A stretch of DNA of 64,000 nucleotides, from the IMG/VR virus record IMGVR_UViG_3300029305_005724, positions 32,001 through 96,000 of that record, one strand, 5' to 3'. The notes beneath the pieces were generated by a model that searched no databases, was not told the origin of the DNA, and saw nothing but the letters and a program-made list of their open reading frames with translations. The DNA comes from a virus (lineage: Duplodnaviria; Caudoviricetes). The translations under genes were made by a program, and so were the position numbers. Below are positions 29,556-39,619 of this stretch, piece by piece (positions within the stretch are counted from its first letter, which is position 1; each line of letters opens with the position of its first letter).

Positions 29556-31949
29556 ATGGCAAAAGATAATAAAGCTATAGCTAGAGCTAATCGCAATATT
29601 CAAAACCTTGCTAATGGCATTAATCAAGGTATGGACGATCTCTATAGGAGCACATATCTAACAACGCCACAGCAAGGAAAGGATCTTAGAGATCTCGGTA
29701 GTCGGATTAACTCTAGTATTGATAATATTGTAAATAGAAATATGGATACAATTGGCATGCCAAGCGTATCCAAATTGTATACGCGTATTGCAGCTACTCA
29801 AGGAAGAGGTACAAAGAATAATAGAGTCATTAGTGAGCTTGAAAGCCTATTTGATAATGGTCTTATTAACGATGATATCTATAGCTTGTTTATGAGTAAT
29901 AGATATTTGAAAGAGCTTGATAATGAAATTGATACTGTTTGTAAGTACATGCCCAAACTCGAAGAAGCACTTCTAGTACAAAAGGATTGTGTTCTTTCAG
30001 CAGATCATTTCTCTAAAGATTTTATTAATATCACTAGTGCAGCAGGTTCCACAGAACTTGATGGAAGTACTTTTGCAGAAAGAATATCTGATCTTAAGAA
30101 AAAGTATAAACTTGCTGAATTAGTTGATCATATTTATGAAGAAACTTCTAAATATGGTGAAAAATTTGTATATAGGGTTCCTTATAGTACTGCAATTGCA
30201 AGACTTCTTGCAACTAAAGCAAATACTACTCTTGTGAAAAATGAAAGCACAGGCGAAACAAGAGAATTTGAAATGAATACTTACTTTACTATTCATATGG
30301 ATAATAAATCATTTGCTATCAAAGAAGCTACAATTGGAACTGAGATGGTTAATGAAAGTGCTACTCATATAGTAAAGAAAGAGAATAAGAAGACTGGAAC
30401 GTTTTCTGAAGTAGAGTCTGCAATTCTTGGTGAAAAAGAACAGTTTGATCTTAATATTGAAATTTGTAAGTCTGGTATTATAGAATCTGCTGTTGCAAAT
30501 GTAAAAGCAGCTTTTAAGAAAAAGATGAAATTCTCTGCAGACTCCATGAACAAAATTTATGAGCAAACCATTTTAAGAGAGTCTGGAAATTCAAAGACAC
30601 CAGAAGCGAAAGGAAATCTTGAATTTGACGATAAGAACCCTTTAGATGCAAGGTTGATTGCTAATGATGGATTAGTCACAGGAGAAGCACCATCGCTTCC
30701 TGATGTTAAAGCTCCCGGATGCGTAATCCAGAAGTTGCCTAGAGAAAATACTATTCCCATCTATATAGATGATATGTGTATGGGATACTATTATTTCGAG
30801 GTAAGAACTGTAGATGATTCTGAATCATTCTTTGGATTTAAGAATATTCTTGGTGACCCTCTAACAAATATGCGTGGAGATAAGCGTAATACATTTAATT
30901 CTGTAGATACACAAAGGCAAGATGACGCGATAAAATATGTTGCAGGTCAGCTGTCTGGCTTTATTGATAAGCAATTTGTAAATAATAATCAGGATCTTGC
31001 TAAAGAGATTTATATGATTCTTAAATACAATGATCTTTTCAATACGCCATCGATTGATAGAATTAAAGTTACATTTGTACCTCCGGAAGATATGGTTCAT
31101 TTCTATTTTAGACTTGATCCACAAACTCACAGAGGTATCTCAGATCTTGATAAGTCCCTTATACCTGCAAAGATTTATTCGAGCTTGTATATAACAAACT
31201 CTATTGGAATTCTTACAAGAGGTCAAGACAAGAGAGCATATTATGTAAAACAAACAGTTGATACCAATATTGCTCAAACACTGCTTAATACTATTGCACA
31301 GATTAAGCAAGGTAACTTTGGAATTAGGCAGTTCCAAAATATAAACAATATCCTTAATATTACAGGTCGTTTCAATGACTTTGTAATTCCCACAAATGCT
31401 TCAGGCGATCCTCCTATTAGTGTAGAAGTTATACCTGGGCAAGAGTTTAACACTTATGAAGATTTGCTTGATAAGCTTGAAGAAATGGCTATCAATAGTA
31501 CTGGAATACCGATAGAGATTATTCAGGCGAGACAGTCTGTTGATTATGCTATGCAACTTACAATGTCTTCTAGCAAAGTTCTAAGATTCTGTTATAAGAG
31601 ACAGGAGCTATTTGAAGATGATCTTGCTGAATTGATCGGTCCTCTATATAATTATGAATATAGAGATACCGCAAGTATAGAAGTTAAACTTCCGCCTCCT
31701 AGTTTCATAAATGTAACAAATACAAATCAGCTTGTTGATAATACTAAAACATTTGTAAATTCTATTGTAGAAGTCGAATTGGCTAATGAGGATAATGAGG
31801 CTCTTAAGAATGAGTACACCATGGAATTAATTAAACATTATCTTGGAAGCCATTTGGATATTAAGTCTCATGAAGATATACTCAATAGATGTAGGTTAAA
31901 GGTTGCTGCAAAAGCTGATGAATCCCACACGGATGATGGTGGATTTTAA
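29556..31949 (+). CDS. Portal protein
   Basis: RGQDKRAYYVK and NDFVIP....PPISVEVIPGQ match the T4 gp20-like RAPERRVFYID and EDYWLP...ITTLPGG; late promoter at 29505. Confidence 0.8.
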   Translation: MAKDNKAIARANRNIQNLANGINQGMDDLYRSTYLTTPQQGKDLRDLGSRINSSIDNIVNRNMDTIGMPSVSKLYTRIAATQGRGTKNNRVISELESLFDNGLINDDIYSLFMSNRYLKELDNEIDTVCKYMPKLEEALLVQKDCVLSADHFSKDFINITSAAGSTELDGSTFAERISDLKKKYKLAELVDHIYEETSKYGEKFVYRVPYSTAIARLLATKANTTLVKNESTGETREFEMNTYFTIHMDNKSFAIKEATIGTEMVNESATHIVKKENKKTGTFSEVESAILGEKEQFDLNIEICKSGIIESAVANVKAAFKKKMKFSADSMNKIYEQTILRESGNSKTPEAKGNLEFDDKNPLDARLIANDGLVTGEAPSLPDVKAPGCVIQKLPRENTIPIYIDDMCMGYYYFEVRTVDDSESFFGFKNILGDPLTNMRGDKRNTFNSVDTQRQDDAIKYVAGQLSGFIDKQFVNNNQDLAKEIYMILKYNDLFNTPSIDRIKVTFVPPEDMVHFYFRLDPQTHRGISDLDKSLIPAKIYSSLYITNSIGILTRGQDKRAYYVKQTVDTNIAQTLLNTIAQIKQGNFGIRQFQNINNILNITGRFNDFVIPTNASGDPPISVEVIPGQEFNTYEDLLDKLEEMAINSTGIPIEIIQARQSVDYAMQLTMSSSKVLRFCYKRQELFEDDLAELIGPLYNYEYRDTASIEVKLPPPSFINVTNTNQLVDNTKTFVNSIVEVELANEDNEALKNEYTMELIKHYLGSHLDIKSHEDILNRCRLKVAAKADESHTDDGGF

Positions 31950-31955
31950 AACAAA

Positions 31956-31998
31956 TAAGAGTATGGAGATTTCTCTCCATACTCTTATATTTTTTTCT
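31956..31998. terminator. Bidirectional terminator between convergent portal and tail-tube genes
   Basis: Stem taagagtatggaga / tctccatactctta. Confidence 0.8.
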
Positions 31999-32000
31999 TC

Positions 32001-32846
32001 TTACTTCTTGGTATCAGGAGCAAGCTTGTTCTGAGCAAGACCAGTATTGGTATCATCAACACCAGCATACTTGTAAGTCCAGCTATTACGCTGTACCTGC
32101 TTAGCATTGCTGGAGCTGTTCATCCAGTCAAGGATCTTCTTAGCACGAGCATTTACTGCTGCACCACGAATCGGGAAGCCAGAGAACTCACAAGTGAGCT
32201 CCTGGAAGTTAACTTCGCCCTTAGAACCATTGTAGATCTGAAGCTCAGCAGTCGTAGGCATTGCACCAACGATGTAAGCTGCATTCTCTACGAGCAAACC
32301 GGTATTATCGGTATGCATGTAAAGGAAGCTGAAGCACTCCTTATTTACGCCGGCATCCTGAGGATTAATCTGATCATTATTGAAACCAATAAGACCATTA
32401 TAAGTCTTGAAGCCAGAGCTGGGGTCTCTTACAGATCTGAGGTAAAGCTCATGCATCTTAGTAAGAATAGAACCAGCCTTCTCGTAATATCTCATCGAGA
32501 ACGTAGAACCACCCTGAGCCGTAGTCTTAGTAATGAGGTTAAGGCTCTGGAGACCATTAGTGATATCCTGAGTTTCACCAGTCATGTTCTCAAGACCAGA
32601 ATCAAGTCCACGGAACTCGTACTCGAGAATGTGAATATAGGTATTAAGCAATCCAGCAATCTCTTCGTCACGGTCAGCCATTTTCTTAAGGAAATCAGGA
32701 ACCGAAACTACTACGAGATAGGGATAACCACTCTCATACAGGTCAAACTGCTTGAGCTGAGAAAAGTCCGTAGTACCACGGAACAGCGTATAAGCAGTAA
32801 GATCTCTAGGAGTTTTGAGATCGGTAAACATATTATAAGCGCCCAT
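32001..32846 (-). CDS. Tail tube protein (probable)
   Basis: Immediately downstream of the sheath gene; beta-rich with a GAMPT...ELTCEFSG tube-like ending; high-expression codon usage. Confidence 0.7.
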   Translation of the reverse strand: MGAYNMFTDLKTPRDLTAYTLFRGTTDFSQLKQFDLYESGYPYLVVVSVPDFLKKMADRDEEIAGLLNTYIHILEYEFRGLDSGLENMTGETQDITNGLQSLNLITKTTAQGGSTFSMRYYEKAGSILTKMHELYLRSVRDPSSGFKTYNGLIGFNNDQINPQDAGVNKECFSFLYMHTDNTGLLVENAAYIVGAMPTTAELQIYNGSKGEVNFQELTCEFSGFPIRGAAVNARAKKILDWMNSSSNAKQVQRNSWTYKYAGVDDTNTGLAQNKLAPDTKK

Positions 32847-32870
32847 AAATCAAATTCTCCTTTCTATAAA

Positions 32871-34742
32871 TTACTGCTCGGTTTGAATTGCAGTAACCTT
32901 GAACCACTCTGTCTGAACAAAGTTCTTGTATGCAACATTAAGGATAGCATAGAAGATCTTGTTAGCAGCGTAAGTAGCATTGCTGATATACTCAAGCTCA
33001 AGGGTAGCGAAGTTGCTTCTATAAGCATCGAGAATTTCATCAACATCTGCCTTATAATTCTCAAGATCATCGCCAGTGATGAAGGAATAACGAATAGCAG
33101 GGCACTTGGTACGGATAGCCTTAACGACTTCCTGAATACCCATTACGTTATTGATATAAGACCACTGAGTATACTTCTCCTGAGAGGTATAAAGGGTTTC
33201 GATAACAAGCTGGTTATCAATGTACGAAGCATAGTTAACACGCATGTCATCAAGGATCTCCTTCTGATTCTCCTCAGGGCAAATCGTAGGAGCAAAGGAA
33301 AGAGTTCCATATACAGCATCACCAATAACCATGCCGAACTTCATACCTGCAGAAGGAAGAATCGAACCATTGTTAAGGTGAGCAACAAGTAGTTTAGCCA
33401 AGCTATAACCAACCGTAACGGAGATCTGTCTCTTCGTATAAGGATCGATTACATCATAGGACTGGGGATAGGTTGCGCAGAACATGCTCTTAACTTCGGA
33501 CTCACACTTAGCCTCGATAAGAGAAATAGAGTTCTGGCCAAGACCCTGGTCACGGAAGTACATAAAGTCCTCACGGAATACTGCAAGGGTCTCGATAACA
33601 CGCTTAACAGCATCGGGATAGTTAGCGTCGATAATAGCGCTAATCTTATACTGCTCAACGTTAAAGATAACGGGGTCAAACTTACCGTTGAATGCAGCGG
33701 TAGCCTGCTTAACCCACTCAGTTTCGTTACCAATAGGTCTATTGCCAAACGAACCATTGTCACCGTTAAGGAGAGTAATGCCATATGCATACTGAAGATC
33801 CTCAGATCCCTCAGCAATAACAAAATTATCCATAGCGGTTCCACGATAGTCATAGCCAAAGAGAAGGTCAAGGCCATAGCCCTCACCAGCCTCAAGGCCA
33901 AGAGCATTCTCTACAGCAGCAACAAAGTTATCCATGTCCTCATCAGATGCATAGCAGGAGATCTGAGTAGCATTGGTATCGATCATTGCCTTAAGAGAAA
34001 TATTGATGTTGTACTGAATAGTACTGGGGTTGAGTGCAAACGAGAAGCTCTCAGTCTCACCGCTATCCTCAATAACTGCAAAAGTATAGTAGGTATAGCC
34101 AAGATTCTTAGAAAGCTTGTAATTAGGAACGATCTTGATTCTCTTCTTGCTAGAACCACGACCATTGTCTGCAATCATATAAATAAGGTACTCACCCTCT
34201 GCAAGATTAGCTTTAACTTTCTCATAAGCATCCTTTGCATCGGAAGCACCAACTGCAGACTCAGTGCGATAACTTACCGTGTTAACGGCAACGGACTTCT
34301 CTACCATTACAGGATAAGCGGTAACAGTGGTGACCTCAGTGGTCGTAGCTGCACCCTGCTCATCTACTTCATAGTAGAGGGGCTTTCCATCTGCATCAGT
34401 CTTCTGCTCGGTAACGGTCTTTTCCGTCGTACCCAGTTTTGCGATAATACCGATATTTGCAAGAGTTGCATCGTCAGCAACAAGTCTCTTACAAAGCAAC
34501 TCAGCACCAGCGCTAATGCTGGCAGCAGCCTGAAGCAACGGCTGACCATGGCGACTGAACGAGATAGATTTACCATACATATTAAAGAAGCTCTCACCAG
34601 AAATACGAGTCCATTTCTCAGTACCCTTATCTGATGTAAAGACCGCACAAAACAGCGGTGTATTTCTAACTTCAGTTGTTTCTACGACGACACTGGCAAT
34701 ATTACTCTGGTCCTCGTAATCAACAATAACACCAGGATACAT
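32871..34742 (-). CDS. Contractile tail sheath protein
   Basis: N-terminal MYPGVIV, F..MYG, LLNGDNG, IIDANYP, and C-terminal RVNY...TSQ...SYINNV; late promoter at 34815-26. Confidence 0.88.
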   Translation of the reverse strand: MYPGVIVDYEDQSNIASVVVETTEVRNTPLFCAVFTSDKGTEKWTRISGESFFNMYGKSISFSRHGQPLLQAAASISAGAELLCKRLVADDATLANIGIIAKLGTTEKTVTEQKTDADGKPLYYEVDEQGAATTTEVTTVTAYPVMVEKSVAVNTVSYRTESAVGASDAKDAYEKVKANLAEGEYLIYMIADNGRGSSKKRIKIVPNYKLSKNLGYTYYTFAVIEDSGETESFSFALNPSTIQYNINISLKAMIDTNATQISCYASDEDMDNFVAAVENALGLEAGEGYGLDLLFGYDYRGTAMDNFVIAEGSEDLQYAYGITLLNGDNGSFGNRPIGNETEWVKQATAAFNGKFDPVIFNVEQYKISAIIDANYPDAVKRVIETLAVFREDFMYFRDQGLGQNSISLIEAKCESEVKSMFCATYPQSYDVIDPYTKRQISVTVGYSLAKLLVAHLNNGSILPSAGMKFGMVIGDAVYGTLSFAPTICPEENQKEILDDMRVNYASYIDNQLVIETLYTSQEKYTQWSYINNVMGIQEVVKAIRTKCPAIRYSFITGDDLENYKADVDEILDAYRSNFATLELEYISNATYAANKIFYAILNVAYKNFVQTEWFKVTAIQTEQ

Positions 34743-34838
34743 AACGTTTCCTCCTTTTTATAGTATAATTTGTAAATAGCTCGAATGCTTTTACGAATGG
34801 GCATTAGTAGCTTTTAATTCTATGTTCTTTAAGACCAC

Positions 34839-35579
34839 TCAGTCATGGTTTCCCATCAACAACTTTTCCATAGGAGAATTTGTATCTGTAGGATTCATAA
34901 TTGCACCAATTACGCCCAGATCCCAGTTCTCACTACCAATAGAAGAGCTCGGAGAAATATACTTAGGTAGGTCTTTAATACTAATAGCACGATAAGACAT
35001 TTGATCTTTAAAATTAGTGTGTCTAAATGCTTTAGAAGGATCCTTGGCATCTCTACACATTTCGCTAATAACAACTCCAAACATTTGAAGCGTCATATCA
35101 TAAGAAGATCCATTTAATTCCATAGCATCTACAAAATAATTTTGCAGTTTATCATAAGGAATTGTAGTAGGAAGTTTGCCAGTTAAAAATATTCTATAGA
35201 AATCTTCAACATTAGCAATATTTTGAGGAACTTTAACTGATACTACTACAGCATCGCCCTTTTCAAAAATAAGCAATCTATAGTCCATCGGTTCTGTGGC
35301 CTCTTTTAATTTCAAATTTTTAGCCTTCTCTGTTCTAGAAGGCTTGCACAAGAAGACTGTAGGAAAGTTGAATCGTTTTAATCCTATATTTGTGCCATTT
35401 GGATTATAAATAGTATAATCAAGAATGCCAAGAAGATTAATATATTCTCCTTTAATTTGAGCATCACCTCTATCAAAATACAATTCTGGTACATAAAATA
35501 CGAACTGACCATCTTGATTGAATAGCAATGAGTCTCCATCACGTTTTAAAAATTTAGGCACATTATATGCCATATTCAC
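34839..35579 (-). CDS. RNA polymerase beta' extreme C-terminal fragment (probably virion RNAP)
   Basis: GVVISEMCRDAKD, YRAISI and SPMEKLL are colinear with EVIVSNQLRDPED, YEILSL and SFMDLFF at the end of 46215..48533. Confidence 0.6.
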   Translation of the reverse strand: MNMAYNVPKFLKRDGDSLLFNQDGQFVFYVPELYFDRGDAQIKGEYINLLGILDYTIYNPNGTNIGLKRFNFPTVFLCKPSRTEKAKNLKLKEATEPMDYRLLIFEKGDAVVVSVKVPQNIANVEDFYRIFLTGKLPTTIPYDKLQNYFVDAMELNGSSYDMTLQMFGVVISEMCRDAKDPSKAFRHTNFKDQMSYRAISIKDLPKYISPSSSIGSENWDLGVIGAIMNPTDTNSPMEKLLMGNHD

Positions 35580-35600
35580 ACCTCCTTATTTGATTCAGAA

Positions 35601-36092
35601 TTAGTTATTGATATAAACCGTTCCTGTAATAGGATAAGAAGAAGTGATAGATACTGTAACAGATCCATTAGCGCATGTTGCAGTAGATGCAGTACAAAGA
35701 TCTGCCATAGTAAGATCAGGAATAAATATGGCTTTATCTGATGCAAGAATTCTAGCATCATCGATAGTAATAGATCCACCAGCTTCAATATAAACGTTTA
35801 CGAAAGTAAATCTAGGACGACTACCAAATTGATGCCATGCATTATCTAGATAGATATACATACATCCGCTTTCAAGAATACAATAAATCTTTCCGGGGAT
35901 AGGAGTAAGTAGAGCTGTTCGTGCAGATTCAGTAGCAAGAATAATTGTATCATAACTAATCTGTTTACGTGTTTGCTCATTTACGCTATCTACATAAAAG
36001 TTACCTGTATCCATGCAAAAGTAGATTGCCTCAGCTTCAAATGCTTTACTGGCCAATGAAGCTTCCATAGGCACATCATAAAACTTAAACAT
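35601..36092 (-). CDS. Small fibre-associated virion protein (probable)
   Basis: IYFCMDTGNFY and PGKIYCILESG.MYIY...W modules resemble the N-termini of the adjacent fibre genes. Confidence 0.55.
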   Translation of the reverse strand: MFKFYDVPMEASLASKAFEAEAIYFCMDTGNFYVDSVNEQTRKQISYDTIILATESARTALLTPIPGKIYCILESGCMYIYLDNAWHQFGSRPRFTFVNVYIEAGGSITIDDARILASDKAIFIPDLTMADLCTASTATCANGSVTVSITSSYPITGTVYINN

Positions 36093-36198
36093 AAATGGTA
36101 CCACCTTTCTTAAAATTATTTAATATAATGTGAATAAAAATAAAAACTAAGAAGAGGCCACGAAGGACCTCTTCTCGTTTATTTTTAAGAAACTTCTA

Positions 36199-37839
36199 TT
36201 AGAACGAAGTCTTCCAAGTAAGAGCTGCAACAGTAGCCTTCTCGGAAACAACCTTCTCATCAGAAGCAGCTGCAACAGTAGTAGCCATAGCACCATTTGC
36301 AACAACATTGGTCTTAGCAACAGCATAAGCCTCAGTATATGCAACAACACCAGCCTCGGTTGCAACGGTATTAGCATTGGGAGCAGCGCCAAAAGTAGCA
36401 CCACCGATAGCCTTACCAGAGAGAGAAGCTCCGCCATCAGCAGCAGCAATAAGAATCTGGCCAGCATTGCCAGTAGCAACCTTAGCCATCTTGCCATCAA
36501 TAGAAGTCTGGAGAGCAGATCTAATCTGTTCAACCTCGTTATCGGTTGCATAATCACTAAGAGACTCATTAATAGCAGCGATATCCTCAGCATTCTTATC
36601 AGCCTTGTCCTCTACAGCCCCAACACTTTCAACAACACCATCGATACGCTGGCCAAGAGCCGTATCAGCATTCTCAAGCGTAGTCTTAGCAGCTGCAAGA
36701 GCACCAGCAGCCGTAGCTTCAGCAGCACTCTGAGCAGCAGAAGCCTTCTCTTCAGCATACTTCTTAGCACCATAAATGGTATCTGCAGAAGAAGCATTTC
36801 CGGAAACACCAATTACTGCTGCCTTAGCAGTATCGGTATAGCCCTTAGCCTCAGTAAGCTTATTACCAGCATCGGTCTTGGTCTCATAGGTATTAGCATC
36901 AGTTGCAGCCTGAGCAGCAATCTTAGCTGCAACAGAACCAGCAGTCTCTGCATCGCCATTAAGAGTTGCAAGCGCCTTAGTATTAGCATCTACCTCACCA
37001 ACAAGCTCAGTAAACTCAGAACCATGCTCTGCAGCATAATCGATAAGCTCCTTGTAGGTATTAACAGTTCCATCATCGCTAAGCTTAGTAGCAAAGTCAT
37101 TAAGAGCATCTGCTACCTTCTTATCAACAGAACCTTCAGTAGAAGAATTACCATTAAGGACTGCAATAGCATTGGTGTTAGCACTTACTGCAGCATCATT
37201 GGCAGTCTTATAATCGCCAAGCTCTTCAGAAACAGCCTGAACCTCAGTCTTAAGAGCATGATTGGGAGCATCAGCTTCAAGAGCACCTACACGATTCTGA
37301 AGATCGGAATCATCATAAGTAGCAGCTTCCTGAGCATCTGCAATCATCTGAACAACAGTCTTGCCATCGGTTACGGTACCGATAGAATCGGTAATAGCCT
37401 TATCTGCAGCTTCGCGTGCCGACTTCTCACCAGCAACAGCATTCTCAGCCGCAGTCTTATTAGCAGCAACAGTCTGCTCAAGAGCAGTTACATTAGCCTG
37501 AGCCTTTGCAACTTCAGTAGCAACATAGTCAGCAACGGCCTTACCGGAAACAGGATCAGCACCATCGGCAGTTACTGTAGCTGCAACACCTCTGATAACC
37601 TGAGTCCATCCGGAGGTTCCATAAACATGACCAGCAAGAGTAGACTTGATCACGTAGAGTTTACCATAGGCACCAGTATCGGGCAGGCTATCAACAAGAA
37701 TAACTGCCTCGGTAAACGGAACAGTACCACGATAAATCTCCTTAGTATCACTGATAAATACAAGCATGTCATCCGTTACTTTGCCAGCAGAAACTGCAGC
37801 ATCAAAAACGGATCTTGTGACAAAATACCAGTTAAGCAT
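36199..37839 (-). CDS. Ala-rich coiled-coil fibre-like virion protein
   Basis: Start MLNWYF after aggagg; shares modules with both neighbours; late promoter at 37905-16. Confidence 0.7.
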   Translation of the reverse strand: MLNWYFVTRSVFDAAVSAGKVTDDMLVFISDTKEIYRGTVPFTEAVILVDSLPDTGAYGKLYVIKSTLAGHVYGTSGWTQVIRGVAATVTADGADPVSGKAVADYVATEVAKAQANVTALEQTVAANKTAAENAVAGEKSAREAADKAITDSIGTVTDGKTVVQMIADAQEAATYDDSDLQNRVGALEADAPNHALKTEVQAVSEELGDYKTANDAAVSANTNAIAVLNGNSSTEGSVDKKVADALNDFATKLSDDGTVNTYKELIDYAAEHGSEFTELVGEVDANTKALATLNGDAETAGSVAAKIAAQAATDANTYETKTDAGNKLTEAKGYTDTAKAAVIGVSGNASSADTIYGAKKYAEEKASAAQSAAEATAAGALAAAKTTLENADTALGQRIDGVVESVGAVEDKADKNAEDIAAINESLSDYATDNEVEQIRSALQTSIDGKMAKVATGNAGQILIAAADGGASLSGKAIGGATFGAAPNANTVATEAGVVAYTEAYAVAKTNVVANGAMATTVAAASDEKVVSEKATVAALTWKTSF

Positions 37840-37999
37840 AAGAAAAATTCCTCCTATAAAAATATTTTTATTTAAATTTTGCTTATACAAGATAAGTCAA
37901 ATTTTACTACTATGTTGACTTACCTTAATGAATTTGGGCTTTTGGACTTTAAAAAAGGCTAGAGAACCAAAGTAGCTCTCTAGCCTAAATTAGTTTAAA

Positions 38000-39601
38000 T
38001 TACATCGTGGTCTTCCAAGTAAAGAGTTCCATAATGGTCTTCTCGGAAACAACCTTCTCACCAGAAGCTTCATCAACAGTAGCTGCAAGTCCGGACTGAT
38101 CAGCAACTACATTTGCCTTAGCAACTGCATTGTCATCAGTATATTCCTTTGCAGCTGCTTCAGCAGCCTGCTGAGTTGCCGTAAGCTGAGTATCAAGGCC
38201 AGTAACCTTGGTATAATCAACAGCCGAAACGGATGCTACACCCTCGTCGTTAGTAATGATAGAAGCACCATCGGGCTTAATACCACCAAGCTGGTTAACC
38301 TTAGCAGCCGGAAGCTCATATACTTTAACTTTGTCATTATCTACAGCCACATATCCATTGTCACTAGAAACAACAGACTGAACTGCAGTATCGGCAAGAG
38401 CACCCTGAGCAGCGGTAGCAAACTCTTCAACATTTTTCGATGCAGCCGTACCGAGACCCTCAATTGCTTCTTCAGTAGCATCAAGACGATCAGAAAGATC
38501 CTTTTCAGCAGCAAGAGCACGAGTTTCTTCGGCAGCAACAGCTTCTGCAATATAAGCAATAACAGTAGTAGCAGTTACACCCTCGGGAAGAGCATCGCCA
38601 AGAAGAGTACGAAGAGCACTAATATCAGTCTTGTTCTGCTGGATCTGATTATCCATAGCAATGACATCATCAGAATGCTCATTAGCCCATTCGACAAGCT
38701 CAGTAAGAGAGTCAATAGTCTCTGCTGTACCATCACCTACAAGAGCAGTAAGAATCTTATTTACAGTATGGGTCACAGATCCCTCGGTTTCAGCATTGCC
38801 ATTAAGAACTGCAATATCAGCAGTATTCTTAGCAATCTTTCCATCAAGAGCGGTATCTGCAGCCTTACGCTCAGCAACCTCAGTATCAAGATTTGCTTTA
38901 GCTTCAGCCTTATTATCGGTAACAGCCTTAGCAAGATTATCAACACTGGTCTGAACGCCAGAAACGATCGAAGTAAGTCCTTCAACAGTCGTAGAGGAAG
39001 GCTCATACCAAGCAAGTTCGTAACCATCGCCAGAAGCAGAAGCTACGACCTTAGGCTCAAGACCAGTCTTCCAACCAGTTGTAAGAACATGCTTAGCCTC
39101 AGTATTAGGAGTGAAGCTAGCATCAACAGCAGTCCAAGTAGAACCGCTAAACATATAGTACGTCTCACCAACGAGAGCATACTCTCCAGCATTAACGCCG
39201 GATGTAGGAAGCTCGTCTGCCGTAGCAAACTCACCTTCGATAACTACATCTACGGGGATATATGCATAATACTCTTTACCAAAAGCCTTAAGGCTAAGAA
39301 CGCCATTATCGCCAAGGGTAATAGTCTTATTATCTCCAAGAGTAGCGGAACCAACTTCCTTAAGAGTATTGTCAGTCTGAATGAGGTAGGTAGTGACAAC
39401 ATCATTCTCTACAACATAAAGCTGCTGACCATAGAAATATACAGATTCGGTAGAACCTGCAGGCTTAGCACTCTGAGCAGCAACATGTGCAGCATCATAA
39501 GAACCGAAGTAAACTCTCGCATCAAGCGGGAATGCAGCATCGGGGCTAAGAGCAACAGCATAGCTCAGAATATTAGCAATTTGTTCATAACTGTATGCCA
39601 T
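38000..39601 (-). CDS. Fibre-like virion protein
   Basis: FPLDAR..YGQ N-terminal module, coiled coil, LGTAA and LGGIK fibre motifs; C-terminus shared with 36199. Confidence 0.7.
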   Translation of the reverse strand: MAYSYEQIANILSYAVALSPDAAFPLDARVYFGSYDAAHVAAQSAKPAGSTESVYFYGQQLYVVENDVVTTYLIQTDNTLKEVGSATLGDNKTITLGDNGVLSLKAFGKEYYAYIPVDVVIEGEFATADELPTSGVNAGEYALVGETYYMFSGSTWTAVDASFTPNTEAKHVLTTGWKTGLEPKVVASASGDGYELAWYEPSSTTVEGLTSIVSGVQTSVDNLAKAVTDNKAEAKANLDTEVAERKAADTALDGKIAKNTADIAVLNGNAETEGSVTHTVNKILTALVGDGTAETIDSLTELVEWANEHSDDVIAMDNQIQQNKTDISALRTLLGDALPEGVTATTVIAYIAEAVAAEETRALAAEKDLSDRLDATEEAIEGLGTAASKNVEEFATAAQGALADTAVQSVVSSDNGYVAVDNDKVKVYELPAAKVNQLGGIKPDGASIITNDEGVASVSAVDYTKVTGLDTQLTATQQAAEAAAKEYTDDNAVAKANVVADQSGLAATVDEASGEKVVSEKTIMELFTWKTTM

Positions 39602-39619
39602 TATATTCTACCTCCTTCC